DNA of 64,000 nt from Balanoglossus misakiensis. Its lineage: Eukaryota > Animalia > Hemichordata. How positions within the stretch are numbered: the first letter of the stretch is position 1; each line of letters opens with the position of its first letter. The notes beneath the pieces were generated by a model. That model saw only the letters and a program-made list of their open reading frames with translations. It searched no databases and was not told the origin of the DNA. Below are positions 49,801 through 63,600 of the stretch, piece after piece. Where the stretch lies: the NCBI GenBank assembly GCA_040954595.2, contig CM082576.2, positions 13,705,129 through 13,769,128 on the forward strand, read 5' to 3'. The translations under genes were made by a program, and so were the position numbers.

Positions 49801-52800
49801 AGAGGCGGTGTAAACATGCCTACCGTATTATAGCTATTGGCCCAGCGTGTTGAGTGAGTTACCTGGACCATGGCTGCATCCCCAGGCCTGGGGTCCCCCT
49901 ACAGCTTCTTGTACTGTTTTTGTTTTATCTCAATGATTCACTGTGCCATTGATACTAGTACATGTACAATGCCATTGCCGCAAGTTGTATGTGCAGATCA
50001 GTATCAGTGTACACTTCTTGTGTTGAGTTGTGTACAAAGCAAGTCAGTGAAAACTTGTTTATACTAACTGACAGTTACTGTCAACTGTCTGACAATTACA
50101 TTGTACTTTGTCAAAAGTGAAGCTGTGTTAATTTGGTCCAACCACATTGCTTTCTGTGCTGTGATTGGACTCATGACAGATGTATATGAAAAAGGAGGTG
50201 TTTGGTGTGGGGAAGAGAGGTTGAAAGTGTTGACAAATACTCAACCTGTACACTTTGACAATTAACTTCAAGTTCGGTTTAAATACAAAACTCTCACGGT
50301 AAGCTTCGTGATGGCCATATTTTTGGAGGATACATTCAATTATTGCGGAACAACAATTTGTGTCTAAAATTGTATTCATCAATGCTAGATATTTTTAACA
50401 CAAAAAATTTATCCTTGCAAAGTCTTTGTTGATTTACTGCACGGTTAGGATTGTTATCAAAAAAGTTTTACAATAAGTGTAAAATTGTATGCTTTGGATA
50501 GACTAAAACCAGCTCACTAAAACACACAAAAAGGTTTTGTTGTGTTTTCAGCATTTTTTTGTCGTCGTTCAGTGATTTACTGGCGTGTAGTGTCTGGCAG
50601 CCGTCCCAGACCAGGGGTGTGAAAATGGCAAGATCCACCCACTTGTTGCAGGTATCAATCATGCTACAGTACATGTACGGCATCTGTCTTGTCAGAGATG
50701 TTCCTTTGAGAAGTCTGTAGCCATTGTCCGAATTTTTATACCAGGTATCCCCTGAAGATTATTAATGTGTTTTGCTTAACCTTTGACCCCCGTGCATGCT
50801 TCGCTGTATACCAGTCATCTCTGGCAGCCCAGGCGTGTATTTCACACCATTGTACCTGAGGCTGAAGCCATGTATTTTGGACAGAGCCAAGAAAAGGCAG
50901 GCCAGGTACATGTACTAGGTATGCGTGGCGCGGTTTGCATTGTCTGTATTCACGGGTATGGTAAGACAGAAATCAGCTCAGTGACAAACGTCTGAAAGAC
51001 TGTCTTATTCTGTGATGTGACAATTGACCCCCTGATTCCAAAGAGAAGTTTTAAATATGGTATCTTCGCGGTCTGGAATTTAATTTTGCAGACTTTGCCG
51101 GATTGGATTAGATTTGATTTTCATCGAGCGGAAGAATTGCATTGATTATAAAATGTCAGTAGGTGAATGGATGGACAGACGACATTGCAATATAAAGGGT
51201 GACCTGTATTCTGAATGGAATTCTAAATTTAGATAAAGACTTTGACAGTCACACAAATAACAAAGACCTCTCAGATGCCCCTCTCTATTCAGTTTTCCTG
51301 AACTTTGACATTGTATGAAGCTGTTCTCTTTTTTTCTAAAATTTAGGGCGCTCAGTTACAATAGTATTTACTTAATTTGCTGGTAATTTCCTGAATGTAC
51401 AATCAATATTGGATTTCTTTAATTTCATATGGCAAAATACAATACAACATTTGATGGATGACACATTCATAATTTATGAGTTGGAAATTTCTAATCACAA
51501 ATGTAAACATTTTCATTCAGCTATGTTCTTGTGTTTTCTTCAGTAATAAATTACAATCTAATGCAGCATTTATCCTGAAGAGGAAAGTCTTTAATTGGGA
51601 CAGCATCATTGTATAATATGCAAAGCAATGCAGTTACTGATAATTGATGCTGGTCAGCATTCAGATACATATTCCCATGGCCTACATGTACATCTAAATT
51701 TATATGAATTTTAATTCATGTTGATAATAATTGCATGCAATTATGTGATTCCACCTGGTTACAACAGAAATGGCACAACTGTTGATCATGTTCATTAATT
51801 AAACTATGCATTGTTCCATTCAGTTGTATGATTACTTACTATGTGTATAATTACAATCCCTCAGAACAAACTGTTTATTGGATTAAATGTCCTGGATATA
51901 TAACTAGAGTTCAAACGTGAAACCAATTGACAGGCTATATTAGATGTTACTACGAGGTAGTGTGGTACTGGCAACCTGGTCTTTTTGGATTTTACCGTAT
52001 GTGAATGTAGTGATCGATTTTTACTCAGCCTTGTGCATATGTTGCATGCAGATGATAAATTATACTGTGCGTATAATCAAGGCATGATTAATGCATAGAA
52101 TATACATGTACATGATTTTACCCCTACAGAAACACACTTTATATCTTTACTGTTTTGTTGCATAAATGAAAATCCCACCTAACACAAGACTGTCACTCCT
52201 GGTAGGTGTACTATAATAATGACAGCATACATCTATGATTGATTCAATTTTAAATATTTAGCATGTACAAATTCACACTGTAAATAGGGCACTGTGCCAT
52301 ATGTTTCCAGTATTGATGTGAAATTATCCAAACTTGTATACATGCATCTGTCAAAAAGAAAAGCTGGACATTAAATAAGATTAAAATGAAAAGGGGGGGG
52401 GGGGGGTAGTAGAGTATTGTATAATTATTGTTGGTGACTGTAATCTGAAAAATATAATCCATCTACATTTGTACATGTATGAAGTAGTAGAAGGCAATGA
52501 ATTCATACTTGTAAATTACAATACATCATGGAACTTCCATGGATTCTTTCTGATATTCAATTGTAATGACCAATATCCAGGATCGTGGAAATTTTCCAAT
52601 GCAACCACTTGATTAACTTATGGACTTACAAAACGATATGAAATAATTAATATAAGCACAGTGAAAGAGCAGTTGAGTCCTGCTGTGTTTCTGATATAAA
52701 ATGTTTAGTTACAGTGTCCCTCGCTGTACGGTCACTGATCACTGTATGTTACCATAATGGACCAAACACTCTATCCCCACTGAGTTCTATTGATAACAAG

Positions 52801-55120
52801 GGAAGAGTAAATCTTGCTAAAGAGGTAATGACCATGATTGAAATGGTTATCTCTGAATAACTGCTGTCTGCTCTCTGTTTATTTGGATTGGAGATTGGTG
52901 TTAATGGCCAAATAATACACAGAGTGTTTAGTGGCCAAGTAGATTAGAGATTTACTATCAGTTCATGTGTACAGGACTTCAATGATAAAGAAAGTGGACT
53001 GTCTCTGACCACAGTAATGGCTGAAGAAATGGTATCAGACCAGATGTGTGGTCAAGAGACATTTCAGTATGAAAGTTTAAATGACAAATGTGCACCTAGT
53101 ATCTTGTACTGTAGACCATTTGGTTACATGTAGGCTGAAACATGCTGGTTATGAAGCATAATTACCCCCATTGGGTTGTTTCAATTGTGATGCCTGCATC
53201 GATTTTGAAAGCTCTGTGTTGACCTTTCGTGATTTTGTCATAAAATTTTCAATTTTGTGTAGGATGACTTTAGGAAGATAAAAAGAAAAGTTGTGCACAT
53301 GTATCTGTACATGTATCTACATGTACTCTGGTTTTGGACAAAAGCCAGAAACAATTTGTTATTTTTTTTTTGCCTGATCGTCAATACTGCTGGTGTGCCA
53401 ATAGTTCAATAAATTTCCACACCATTTTATGAGAATTAAAATAAATCATTAGTACTGCATAATTCAATCTTTGTATGCTGGGTCTGATTGTCATAACATT
53501 GGAGATATCTGTGTTGGTTTGGAGATACCATCATGTACACTGTACATATTTTCTCTGATGGACATTTTTATGTCTTACTTTGCTGCTCCTGTGGGCAAGA
53601 ACATTAGGCTAGACTGATAGGTAGTCTTTACATCATCATGATTGATGATGTGGTCTCTTGGTTGCCAGGCAACTACTTTGTGGGGATGGACTATTTTCAT
53701 TTTTCCATCCTGACTGCAGGTTTGACTGGAAGGATTGATTATTGGAGTTGGTGGAGTGGAGATCTGGATGTTTGATTTCATCATCTTCTCCAGCCAAACT
53801 CACTATACATTGCAATATATACAAGTTGTCCTCTGCACTTGTAGTTTGGATGATGTGTTTCAATACGACAAGCATTCGCAATTATGTGGGAAACATTCCT
53901 GTACCACAGCAGCACCCCTTTGACCCCGTTTGACCTTTTGGCTGTGTCTGACTCTTGATTCGATCCAGACCAGCTCGATCAGACAGTGGGGGATATAGGA
54001 TTGTGTTACCAGTAATGGAGCCAGACCGGATTGTATTACTGGTGAAAGAGTCAGGGTGCAGCTGTCCCTATCGCTAACAGCTGCGGATGGAAGGAATTGT
54101 CATAGATGAGTTTGATATGAAGCTTTATTCATTGCTGGCAATAATATTTGAAATTTATAATTAAAATGATACCAAAGTACAAATGTACATTTCATTGGTA
54201 CAGTAATAAAAAAAAAGAATTAAAAATTATTAAAGCATTGCAATTATTCTTGAAGGCCCCCCTTAAAATGTGAAGAGTGGCAAATAATATTTTAATCATG
54301 GACAGCAGTACTATCTTATACATGTACCTTGACTGACACATGATATTGTTTCTTTCATGTAAAGGCTATGACAGTGAATTCACTGCTGAGATTGGAATGG
54401 AAACACTCCGTACATACCATAACTTCGAACCTGTTTATGATCTTGCCATTCACCCCTAAGATGGCAACAATAAACACATTCATAATATTCGTCTGCGTTC
54501 CCAGATAGTTTTAACAACGGTAACTTTGTTTTCTGACTACAATTATCCTATCCCTGGTATGATTTATCCAATTGTAATTGCTAGGTTCTGTTTTCTTCAG
54601 AGATACAGATAATTCCCTCAGTTCAACAGCTTCATTTTTCAAACCACATAGATCTGTTTTTAGATACCAAAGTCTAAACACCGGACCAACCCAATCGGAT
54701 CAATCACAATTATATTAGCCGAGCTTTTCAAGTTTTGCCTCTGCCACAAATCAATTGATCGAGTATAGAATAGGTCCCCAGATGGTTATTCAAGCATTTT
54801 ATATGTTTCTTTTAATGTCTTCAAAATGTTGTTGAGTTTATTATAGCTGGCCACTGTTACCGCACAATGATATCATTGTGACTCTGTTTAATGCCATCAC
54901 AGGGGATCTTAAAGCGACAGATTCACCCATCCATACACAGATGCAGATTTGCAAGAAAATCTTGCCCTCCTTACTTGGGTGGCCCCCTCCCCCACCACGC
55001 TTCGCTGGCTGGTTCCGAAAATCATGAAGCTTTTATAGTGGGTGGATAAGGTGTCTGCACAGAACTGTATAGTCCCTTGCATTGTCACTCATGCATACAA
55101 ACACATACATACAATGTAGA

Positions 55121-55121
55121 T

Positions 55122-55152
<31 letters not shown>

Positions 55153-55190
55153 ACGCACACACACACACACACGCAACGCACACACACACA
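55121..55190. repeat. Interrupted (CA)n microsatellite
   Basis: Direct reading. Confidence 0.93.
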
Positions 55191-56050
55191 TGTACACGTA
55201 TGTTGTCTTTGAGTATTACAGAGTTGGTAAAATTCAAAGCAACATGTGTGTGCATTGTGTGTCTTTTATTTTGGAACACATCACTGAAATTTACAAAACT
55301 TATCTGAGTACTCCTGTATTTTTTTACCAGTGATTGATACAGGGAAGACGAACACATCTAAACATGTAGAGTGTACATTCACATCTACAGTACTAGGGTT
55401 TTGTGGATGACTGTTCTGTTCTCACGATCAAGTTTATGTGATCGCTATAAATAGAATGTGAGTTTGTGTGGTTGAGGAAATTGTGTTTCCGAACTCCATC
55501 TGTTGTCTATTGTACATCAGAAATCTGTTGCAGTATGCGGTGAATTTTAATAGAACGGAAACGATGCCATCTGTGGGGTGCTTTTTTTAAAATCCAGCAA
55601 CAAGCTGGTAGCTAGCAGTTCATCTGTTGGCTCTTAGTCTTTCTGGGAAATCAGAATTCTTACACTCTAATTTGCGACAAGAGCTGCATTATTTTTTTTG
55701 TGGATTTCAGAAGTGGCATTTGAGTGTTTGTAAGTTGTCATGAGGAATAACTTGAGTCCAGATATGGAGTGTGACAAGTCAGCTTTAATACTCTCAGGTT
55801 TTACAGACAGTTTTGTTTGTGCCACATCAGATAGGGATGATGTTCAAAGTACATGTAGTGTGCACGTAAAATGACATGGACTACTGTTGACTTGATAACC
55901 CAGCTTGTTATAAGAGTCTGTACATGCAGTGTTGAGTGTAATTTTTTTATAGCTAAATTTTTTACATTGTCCAGATACCATCCCACTGCACTAACAAGTG
56001 TTCATGTAGTTTCATTTCCGTCATTATGGTAGGTTGACCTTCTGGTAATC

Positions 56051-56173
56051 TGCCATTATTGAAGATGTTTCCCTGGCGACACGAACATGCTATTGTCATG
56101 ATGACTTCATAATGCCATTATTGAAAATGTTTCCATGGCAACATGAACATGCTATTGTAGTGATGACTTCATA
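56051..56173. repeat. 62-bp tandem duplication, each copy containing an X-box
   Basis: Units start at 56051 and 56113; GTTTCCCTGGCGAC (56067-56080) and GTTTCCATGGCAAC (56129-56142). Confidence 0.8.
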
Positions 56174-57576
56174 TAAAGAAAGGATATTATTCCAGGAAGC
56201 GTTGGCCATTTGTTAGGATTCTTGATAAGGTCATACTTTTGCATTATATCATGTGTAGCCAGATATTACTTGTACTTCCAGAAATAGTATGTTTTATAAT
56301 CCATCAATGACTACCAGCCCTGCATCGGTTGGCACACAGGGGTAAATGGCAAAATACAGTATGATACCAGTGAGTCATCACTGACACACCCCTGATGTCA
56401 TCGTACTTTTCTTTGATATTTTGACCAACATACAGGAAGACCTGCTTGCAAACCTTGAAAGAGAAACCTTATCCACAGGATTTAAATCCTCTTCCTGTTT
56501 GACAAAAATAAAGATTGAGTATACAGTGCAGTGAATTCCTGAAAGATTGCAAGCTGGGAAATACTGTGATGCCATGGTATGTTATTGAAACACATGGTGA
56601 AACTGCCTATTGAAATCTGATATATGAGGATACTTAAATATACTATTATTAGAATTTTATAGTCATCGTAATGGTATACAGATTAAGAATCAAGCAAATA
56701 ACTTTATTGTATTGTTTGTAACAGGAAAGCATTTTTCTTTTGGAAGATGGTAATTTAAATCATGAGTAACATTGTATACAATGTATGTAATTCTGCTAGG
56801 GAAAATATACATGGTGCTCTGCTTCTTGTGCACCTAATTTTTTCAAGATTTCTCCAATTACATGTGGTGAAAATTTATATTTTTTATTGTTAATCAAACC
56901 TACAAAAATTATACAAGTCGTCCCTCATCTGGGAATATGCGAAGAAAGACAAACATATCTCATTTTATGAGAAAGGGAACGATTGCAAAGACATGTTGAA
57001 CTGTGAGGGCGCTCTCTAAAATGTTTGAGTTTGATTCTGGTACTTCAGTACACATATTATGTGACTAGATGTTGGTTCAGGTCAGTAGCGAGAAATAGTG
57101 GGGGTAATTCACACTTCTTTGCTAAGTAGGACTTGTTTGTCAGGTTGGATGATATAGAGCACTGTGTAAAGAGACTTGCATAACTTAAAGCAATATATTT
57201 TGAAACCTCCCATACCCTGTATTGATTATTCAGTTCAGTGTGGAAAAATTAGGCCTTGCCGGTGATAGCTGAGGTGAAGTAAAATCAATGCAAATACCTC
57301 AGACGTTTAATGTTTGCTTTGACCTGGTTCTCTGAGAAACGAAACCCTGGGTCACTCAGGTAATACTGCCTGGACGTCAATAACGAAGAGAATTTAGAAG
57401 TCACTTGTGTTGTGCGTACGCAGATGTGTTGCTAGACTAAATAACAAAAGGGATCAGTAATTTAAGACACTGTAAATTGTTTCTGAAATCCCCCCAGATA
57501 GGTTACATGTACATGTAGTTTAAAGTAATAGTTATGGCAGCTGGTGTAGGGGAGAACTGGCATTTAAATTACCTTG

Positions 57577-57712
57577 ATGTATTCGCTGCCCAAAACACGC
57601 AGTTCCAAGTCGGGGGCTGGAGAAGTTGTTGAGAGAAGGATCAGAATCCCCCAGCCCAGCAAGTATGGGGGTTCGGGAAACGTCACTCTGTGGCAAATGT
57701 TGATGAGACAAG
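57577..57712 (+). CDS. Candidate alternative first coding exon (MYSLPKTRSSKSGAGEVVERRIRIPQPSKYGGSGNVTLWQMLMRQ, phase 1)
   Basis: GC-richer open frame from ATG to the strong donor AAG|GTGAGG. Confidence 0.4.
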
Positions 57713-60590
57713 GTGAGGAAGAATCTTGGCCAGTCTCCACATTGTGTGGTTTTTACTCTTTTCTGAATGTTGTGTATAATTTAAAATCAAGAGAATGCTT
57801 TTCATTTTTTTTCTGTAAGAACTCTACCACGCAGACTACAAGAAATGCAGTGTTGTTGTGAGTTTTGTGCAAGTATATTTTTGGGGTAGGGTTAGCACCT
57901 ACTAAATGACATCATATGGTTGACAGGTCAGTTGTTTGAATAGGAATACCAGTGTTTTCAAAGGAACTCAAAGCTGAGATGTTTTGGTTGAATAGAGAAA
58001 TATGTGTGTTGTGGCATGCAGATACATCAAAGCTGACATTCCAATTCCATTGTGTGGCTGATGAAATTTTGGGAAAAAACAAATAATGGCTTAGGGTAGC
58101 TAATGTACCTGATAAATAAAATGCAGTAATAATTAATTGAAAAATTATATAATTATTACAATTGGAAAAATAACAATAATTATAGTAGGTTGGATCGCTA
58201 CGAAAATCTGACCTTAAGAGAAATGAAAGTTTCCAAATTACTTCATGTCTTATAATGGTCAGTGTTAAAAACACCAAAAATTCTATGTTCAAATACAACA
58301 GCCAGTTACTAAATGTCCATGAATGAGAAACATCATTCAAACTTTCAATGTGTAACAACAAGAACAACAACAACAATATCAACAATATTAATAACTCTAG
58401 ATTTCTTGAAGAAAATGTACCCCATTTGTTAGTTATCAATGATGTTACAGTACGGTTTACTGGTGAATTTAGTGACTTTTTCAGCTGTTTAAGTTACATG
58501 GCTGACCTCGTAAGGCTTTGAGTAGGTCAACAAAAACAATTAATGGCATCACCTATCTACTGTTGCCTGGATTTACAGTCTCCTTGATATCATTATGTAA
58601 GTGTGATGCCTAATTAATCATTGAGCCTCAGAATGTGTGTAAGCATAGACACTAGTAAAGTCTATCGTGTGATTTTGTAATGACGACATATCTGATATAC
58701 ATGCATCTGCTGATTTGACAAAGTGTACAGTAATCACCTCACATCTGTAGTTTTAAAAGTTATTGTCATAAGTTGAGGAAACCTGGTCTATGCGCACTGA
58801 CACATGAAAGGTCTTTTTTTTAATTTCAAAGTAGTAAGTTAACCCTGATTACATGCTAGAAGATAAGATAAAAATTCAAAACATGTTCTTGCAAGCTTCT
58901 CATTTAAACTTTTCAGGTACATGCATGTGCTGTACAATTACTGTTATTAGATTCATAACATGATGTAATTGCGCACATGCAATTATGCAAAGTTACCCAT
59001 CCATGAAATAATAATATATTAAGATTTCTTCGGCATTGAAGCATGCCCTAGGGCCCAGGCCTGAAAGATTTTGGGATGTTTCAGTGACATGTCACAAAGA
59101 AATAAAAATGTCTCCTGACAATTGTTTGATTTACTGATTTACTCCTTGGTTTGTTTGTATAAATTGGTAGCTTGGCTGAAGTCTTGATGCTACTTGGCGT
59201 GGTATGGTCCTACCCTCTACTGTCTATGGTCCTACCGAGTCTGTAAAAACACACATAGGCAATGCACGATTTATTATGATGTAATACTCAAACAGTAGCA
59301 AGGTGTTACTAGATACGTTTGGACACAGTCTCTGGAGGGACTCTGGTTTGGATCAACAGGTGGTTGGCAATAATGCATTACTGAGGCGTCGTCATGGTTA
59401 CTGGTTGTATCATAGGGGAACTACATTGTGCCGAAAAAAAAGTTTCGCCAGAGCCAGTTGATCAATGCGACTGATAGATAGATGTTATTGGTGAATAGAT
59501 TACAGAAACATGTTTCGTTGACTCCTGGGAATCCTATTGTTGCGTGATTGAGTTGTGATTTCCCCCAAACAATAGCGCATTGTGTGACTCGGTATTGTGT
59601 TGCAGTATTACCTGATTTCAAACTGAGTTGTGCATGTAACGCTTTGCACAGGCCGTCAAAATTGCCAAATACAATGTACATGTACTACATGTAGTTGCAA
59701 TGAATGGTACTGGGGTGAAAACTTCATACAGTGCTGTAGTAGTTGTGTCCGTCGCTGAAGTGGCTGCATTTATCATATAATAAAAGACTGTGCTTGATCC
59801 ATGCTTTCATTTTATTCAATCTCTGTATTTACATTGCCCCACACTGACAATGATCATGGAGCTACATAGCTACTACAGACATGTACATGTAGCTCCATGC
59901 AGTGATTAACAAAGAAAATTTTAAGGAGCTTTTGGGGCTGTGTAAGAAACCATTATAAATTCCAATATATAAATACATGATTTTGTATGGCAGCCATTTT
60001 GGTCACAGTTGAGTGAATAGACTTCCTGGACTTTATGGTTCCTTGTTTTGTAACTCAATATAGCCTATAATAAATGAAGGGAGTACCCACTACGGGCCAG
60101 TTACGGGGACGGGACGGGTTTCCGTTAATCTGGCTGTTATGTGTGTCCGTACTCAGTCACAGTAGTGAGTGCACACACCCTATTGTCTTATCACACACTG
60201 GTGTGTATAGTGGAGTGGGGGTAAAGATTTTGACAGCGTGCCAAGGGCTGCCCCCAAACGGTTTGTTTTAAGCAGCAGCGCTATTATTTGAACAAGGGGC
60301 CGCCTTAAACAGTCGGCCCCGCACCACTTCTTGAAGGCTCCCTGCGAGGATCACTGAGTGTGGGACCCCGGCAACTTTGAGTCGACTTAAAGTCGCGGCA
60401 ATTCACTCATCTATCTCCACGAAACAATGGAATCCCTTCTCCAGTGAAACCAGGCTGTGTCGGTATTTGCTGCCCTCACGCATCTCAAGTGCGAGCCGGG
60501 TTGTTGCTGCTGAGTGAGTGAGTGAGTGAGCATAGTCCGGAAGAGTCTCGGCAGTTTTTTTGTGCATTCAAGGGGGGAAGCGGCCAAAAT

Positions 60591-60651
60591 ATGGCCGAGG
60601 CGGACGCATCGCAAGACTCCAAAGTCTACGGGAAGTATCTGTCTCTGAAAG
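60591..60651 (+). CDS. Candidate alternative first coding exon (MAEADASQDSKVYGKYLSLK, phase 1)
   Basis: Lies in a local CpG island (about 60.1-60.65 kb); aatATGG Kozak context; donor AAAG|GTAGGA. Confidence 0.55.
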
Positions 60652-63600
60652 GTAGGATGTCACCTTTACATGTATATATATACCCGCTGGTATTCAGATC
60701 AAAATAGTCCCGATAGGAGCAGAGGCTGCCTTCCCTGTTGGGAGAGCCACTTGGTATTTTCTGCAGTGATATACATACACAAGGGTTAATGCTACGAATT
60801 CAGTTGACACACTGAGGTTTACTGTGCGTGAATGTAAATGTACACTGTTGTGTTGTGACATGTCCTTGGTAATCTCTGGCTAAATTAAGGTGTGTGGGAT
60901 TCAAGGATTAATGGGAATTCTTCAGTTGCATGCACCAACTCTCAGCAGCACTGTCGTCCGTCGCAGCGGAAAACACACGTCATGGGGTCGGTCCGTTTGT
61001 TGATGCCTCTTTCTCTGGAAGTCACACCTGCTTGCGAATGGCATTACTTAAAAATAATAAGAAATTCTAGTGTGGTGGGCTTTGTGTAAGTTCTTGGAGG
61101 TGCGTGCTGTCAAAGAGAAGGCGTATACCTCGCATGTACTTGATATCTCGTACAACTGTAAGAAAATTGGTGTATTTAGATGCTGTAGGCTGGCGTAAAA
61201 ATGTTTGCAGCTTTGAGAAGCATAGATCTGATTGTCATTTTGTCGTCTGCATGCTCGGCTTGCATTTGCAGTGTCAGTGGGTCAGTGTTAACAATACTGC
61301 TGTGCTACTGTGATTGTGTTGCGTGTCTCCATTCACGGCGTTCAACCCGAAGCTTTGACGTTTCATTAGATAAGCTAGCCGCCGAAAAAGTCTTTGTGTG
61401 GTGGAAATAAGTAGCTGGGTGCGCATAAACTGCCATGGTTTGGTCGCTGCTGCAGAAAAAATGTGTGCCTGATAAGATTCAAAAAAATTTTTTGGAGCCC
61501 TGCCAAAAGCGGTTTAGGAGATTTGTGGAGACACTACAGACACGGCGTCCCGAGCTCAGCCATGATGAATGACTTTGGCATTGAGTAACCATGGCTATAG
61601 CGTCTGTAGGCGGAGTCTGATGTGACCCTCATTAACATGATGTGTTGTTTAGATAGTAATTTTTACAGCTATGGTTTTAAAAAAAACCCCACTAACCTTT
61701 GACACATTGATTCAAAATATTTATCTTTTTTAATCTTGTGCAAGAACAGGTAAATAACTTTAACGGCAGTTTAGGTGTGAAATATTTATCCGGAAAATCG
61801 ATCCTTCAGGTGAACAGACAACTTGTTTATCAATCTGTTGGGATCACTGACATACACAAACAAGACAAACTGTACACAAGCAACTCAAGAGTTGTCGTGT
61901 CGGACATATTTCGAATACTTAGGTGTCACCGCAGCTCTGCACAGAAGCCGTTTACTGAACCTTGATATTTAGAAGACTCAGTCTTGTCTGAAAACAAAGA
62001 ACAATGATGCAACAGAGAGCACATCTTCAGGTGTGCTTTGAACTGATGACGCATACATTATACCTTGTATGCAGGTAGCTTGAAGCAGAATGCTGTATGG
62101 ATCAGTGAATTTACTATTGGTGACAACATGCACTGCATAGAAAGTGGAGTGGTAGTAAGTGGGTAGTTTGCACTGTGTCACGACGAACCAACAGAATTTT
62201 GTCGTGGTTTACAGAGTTAAATGCAACTTATAGTTGGCTTGTTGACAGCGTTGTAGCATCTAAAGTTGACAATGGGAGTATTGTAGTTTGTTGATTGGAT
62301 AAGTCATTTGCCTTTTGTCTCCTGGTTTCTAGCCGTCAGCTACAGTAGGTATGGTTCCTGGAGTGGAATGCGATATTGTTTGAACAGCAGACAATTCTAG
62401 ATCAGATGTGTAGGTCATGGATTTAGTTCATGACCTTACTATCAATGGAAATTGGCCCTAAAACACAGAAAAATTTCAGAATCAATTGATTTGGAAAAGG
62501 TGATGGCGTAAATTAATGCTTACATGTATGTTCTTTGAGGAGAGAAGGTATTGGTTGTATAGTGTACTTTCTCAAGTTGTTTGAAATTGCGATTTCTCGT
62601 AGATGCCAAGTTGTATTCAACAAGTTGTAGACATGTCAGAAATGCCGGTAACTAACTTGTTGGGGAGACCGCAAGATGCTTGGCGCTACTTGTATGTGGC
62701 AGATGAAAGCAGACATGAAGCCACTCCAACACAACTGTCTGAAAGTGTAAAGGCATGTAACAATAGACATCTGCATTGTTGTTTTCTGAAAAAGCACAGC
62801 TGATGGAGATTTTACGTCTAACAATGAGCATAACAAGCTTCACAGAGAGAGACAGTTACAGCTTCTTTTGTTACGGAACAGTCCAATTAAACGACTGCCT
62901 TCAAAGAGCTGTCTGTTGAAACGTGATTCGGACATTAAAAATAAAATGATAATAAATTCTCCACCCGAGTAGTTTGCTATCCCATCTAGCTGTGGGTTTG
63001 AAAAGATTTTGTTTAAAGATCCCAAGAGTTTTGTTTGATGTGAACAATGTATGTCGCCACACCTTTGATTGTGTGAATGTTGAAAATTTTAGATGGAACT
63101 ATAAGCTACACATGTACAAGGGACGGCTTTATTACTGAGCCACTGAATTCACTGTCAGATCCATAGACTTTCATGTCATGACACAAGTTTGTGTGCGGAT
63201 GTATCTTGGTTGAAACTATTTCAGCTATTTGTTTTTTTCACTTTCATGGGTTGGTTGGAGAGGTAGAATAAAAAAGGGACAGAAAAGAAAAATTCTTTAG
63301 AAGCCATTCTCTCCGTACTCAATGAAGTTATTTTAGAATACTATGAAAAGTGAGGAATATTGAAATAATTGAGGCTCAACCTCAATTATTTACACATGAA
63401 CTCTCTTAGTGTGTCCCTAGTGTGTATGACAAGACGTGATGTCAACTCTGTATTGAATTAATAATAGGGATCACAAAGTTGTCGTACCTGGCCATAGGGG
63501 TTGCTGATTTTTATGGTCATTCACATTTTTTTTTCATTTGAGCCCGACCAACCAGAGTTGAACACAGTGTAGAGGTTGAGAAATGAAGAAAATAAGCAAG

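Noticed and set aside
57912-58439. 175-aa hydrophobic ORF on the minus strand
   Set aside because: AT-rich, low-complexity intronic sequence with a non-ATG start and no motif.
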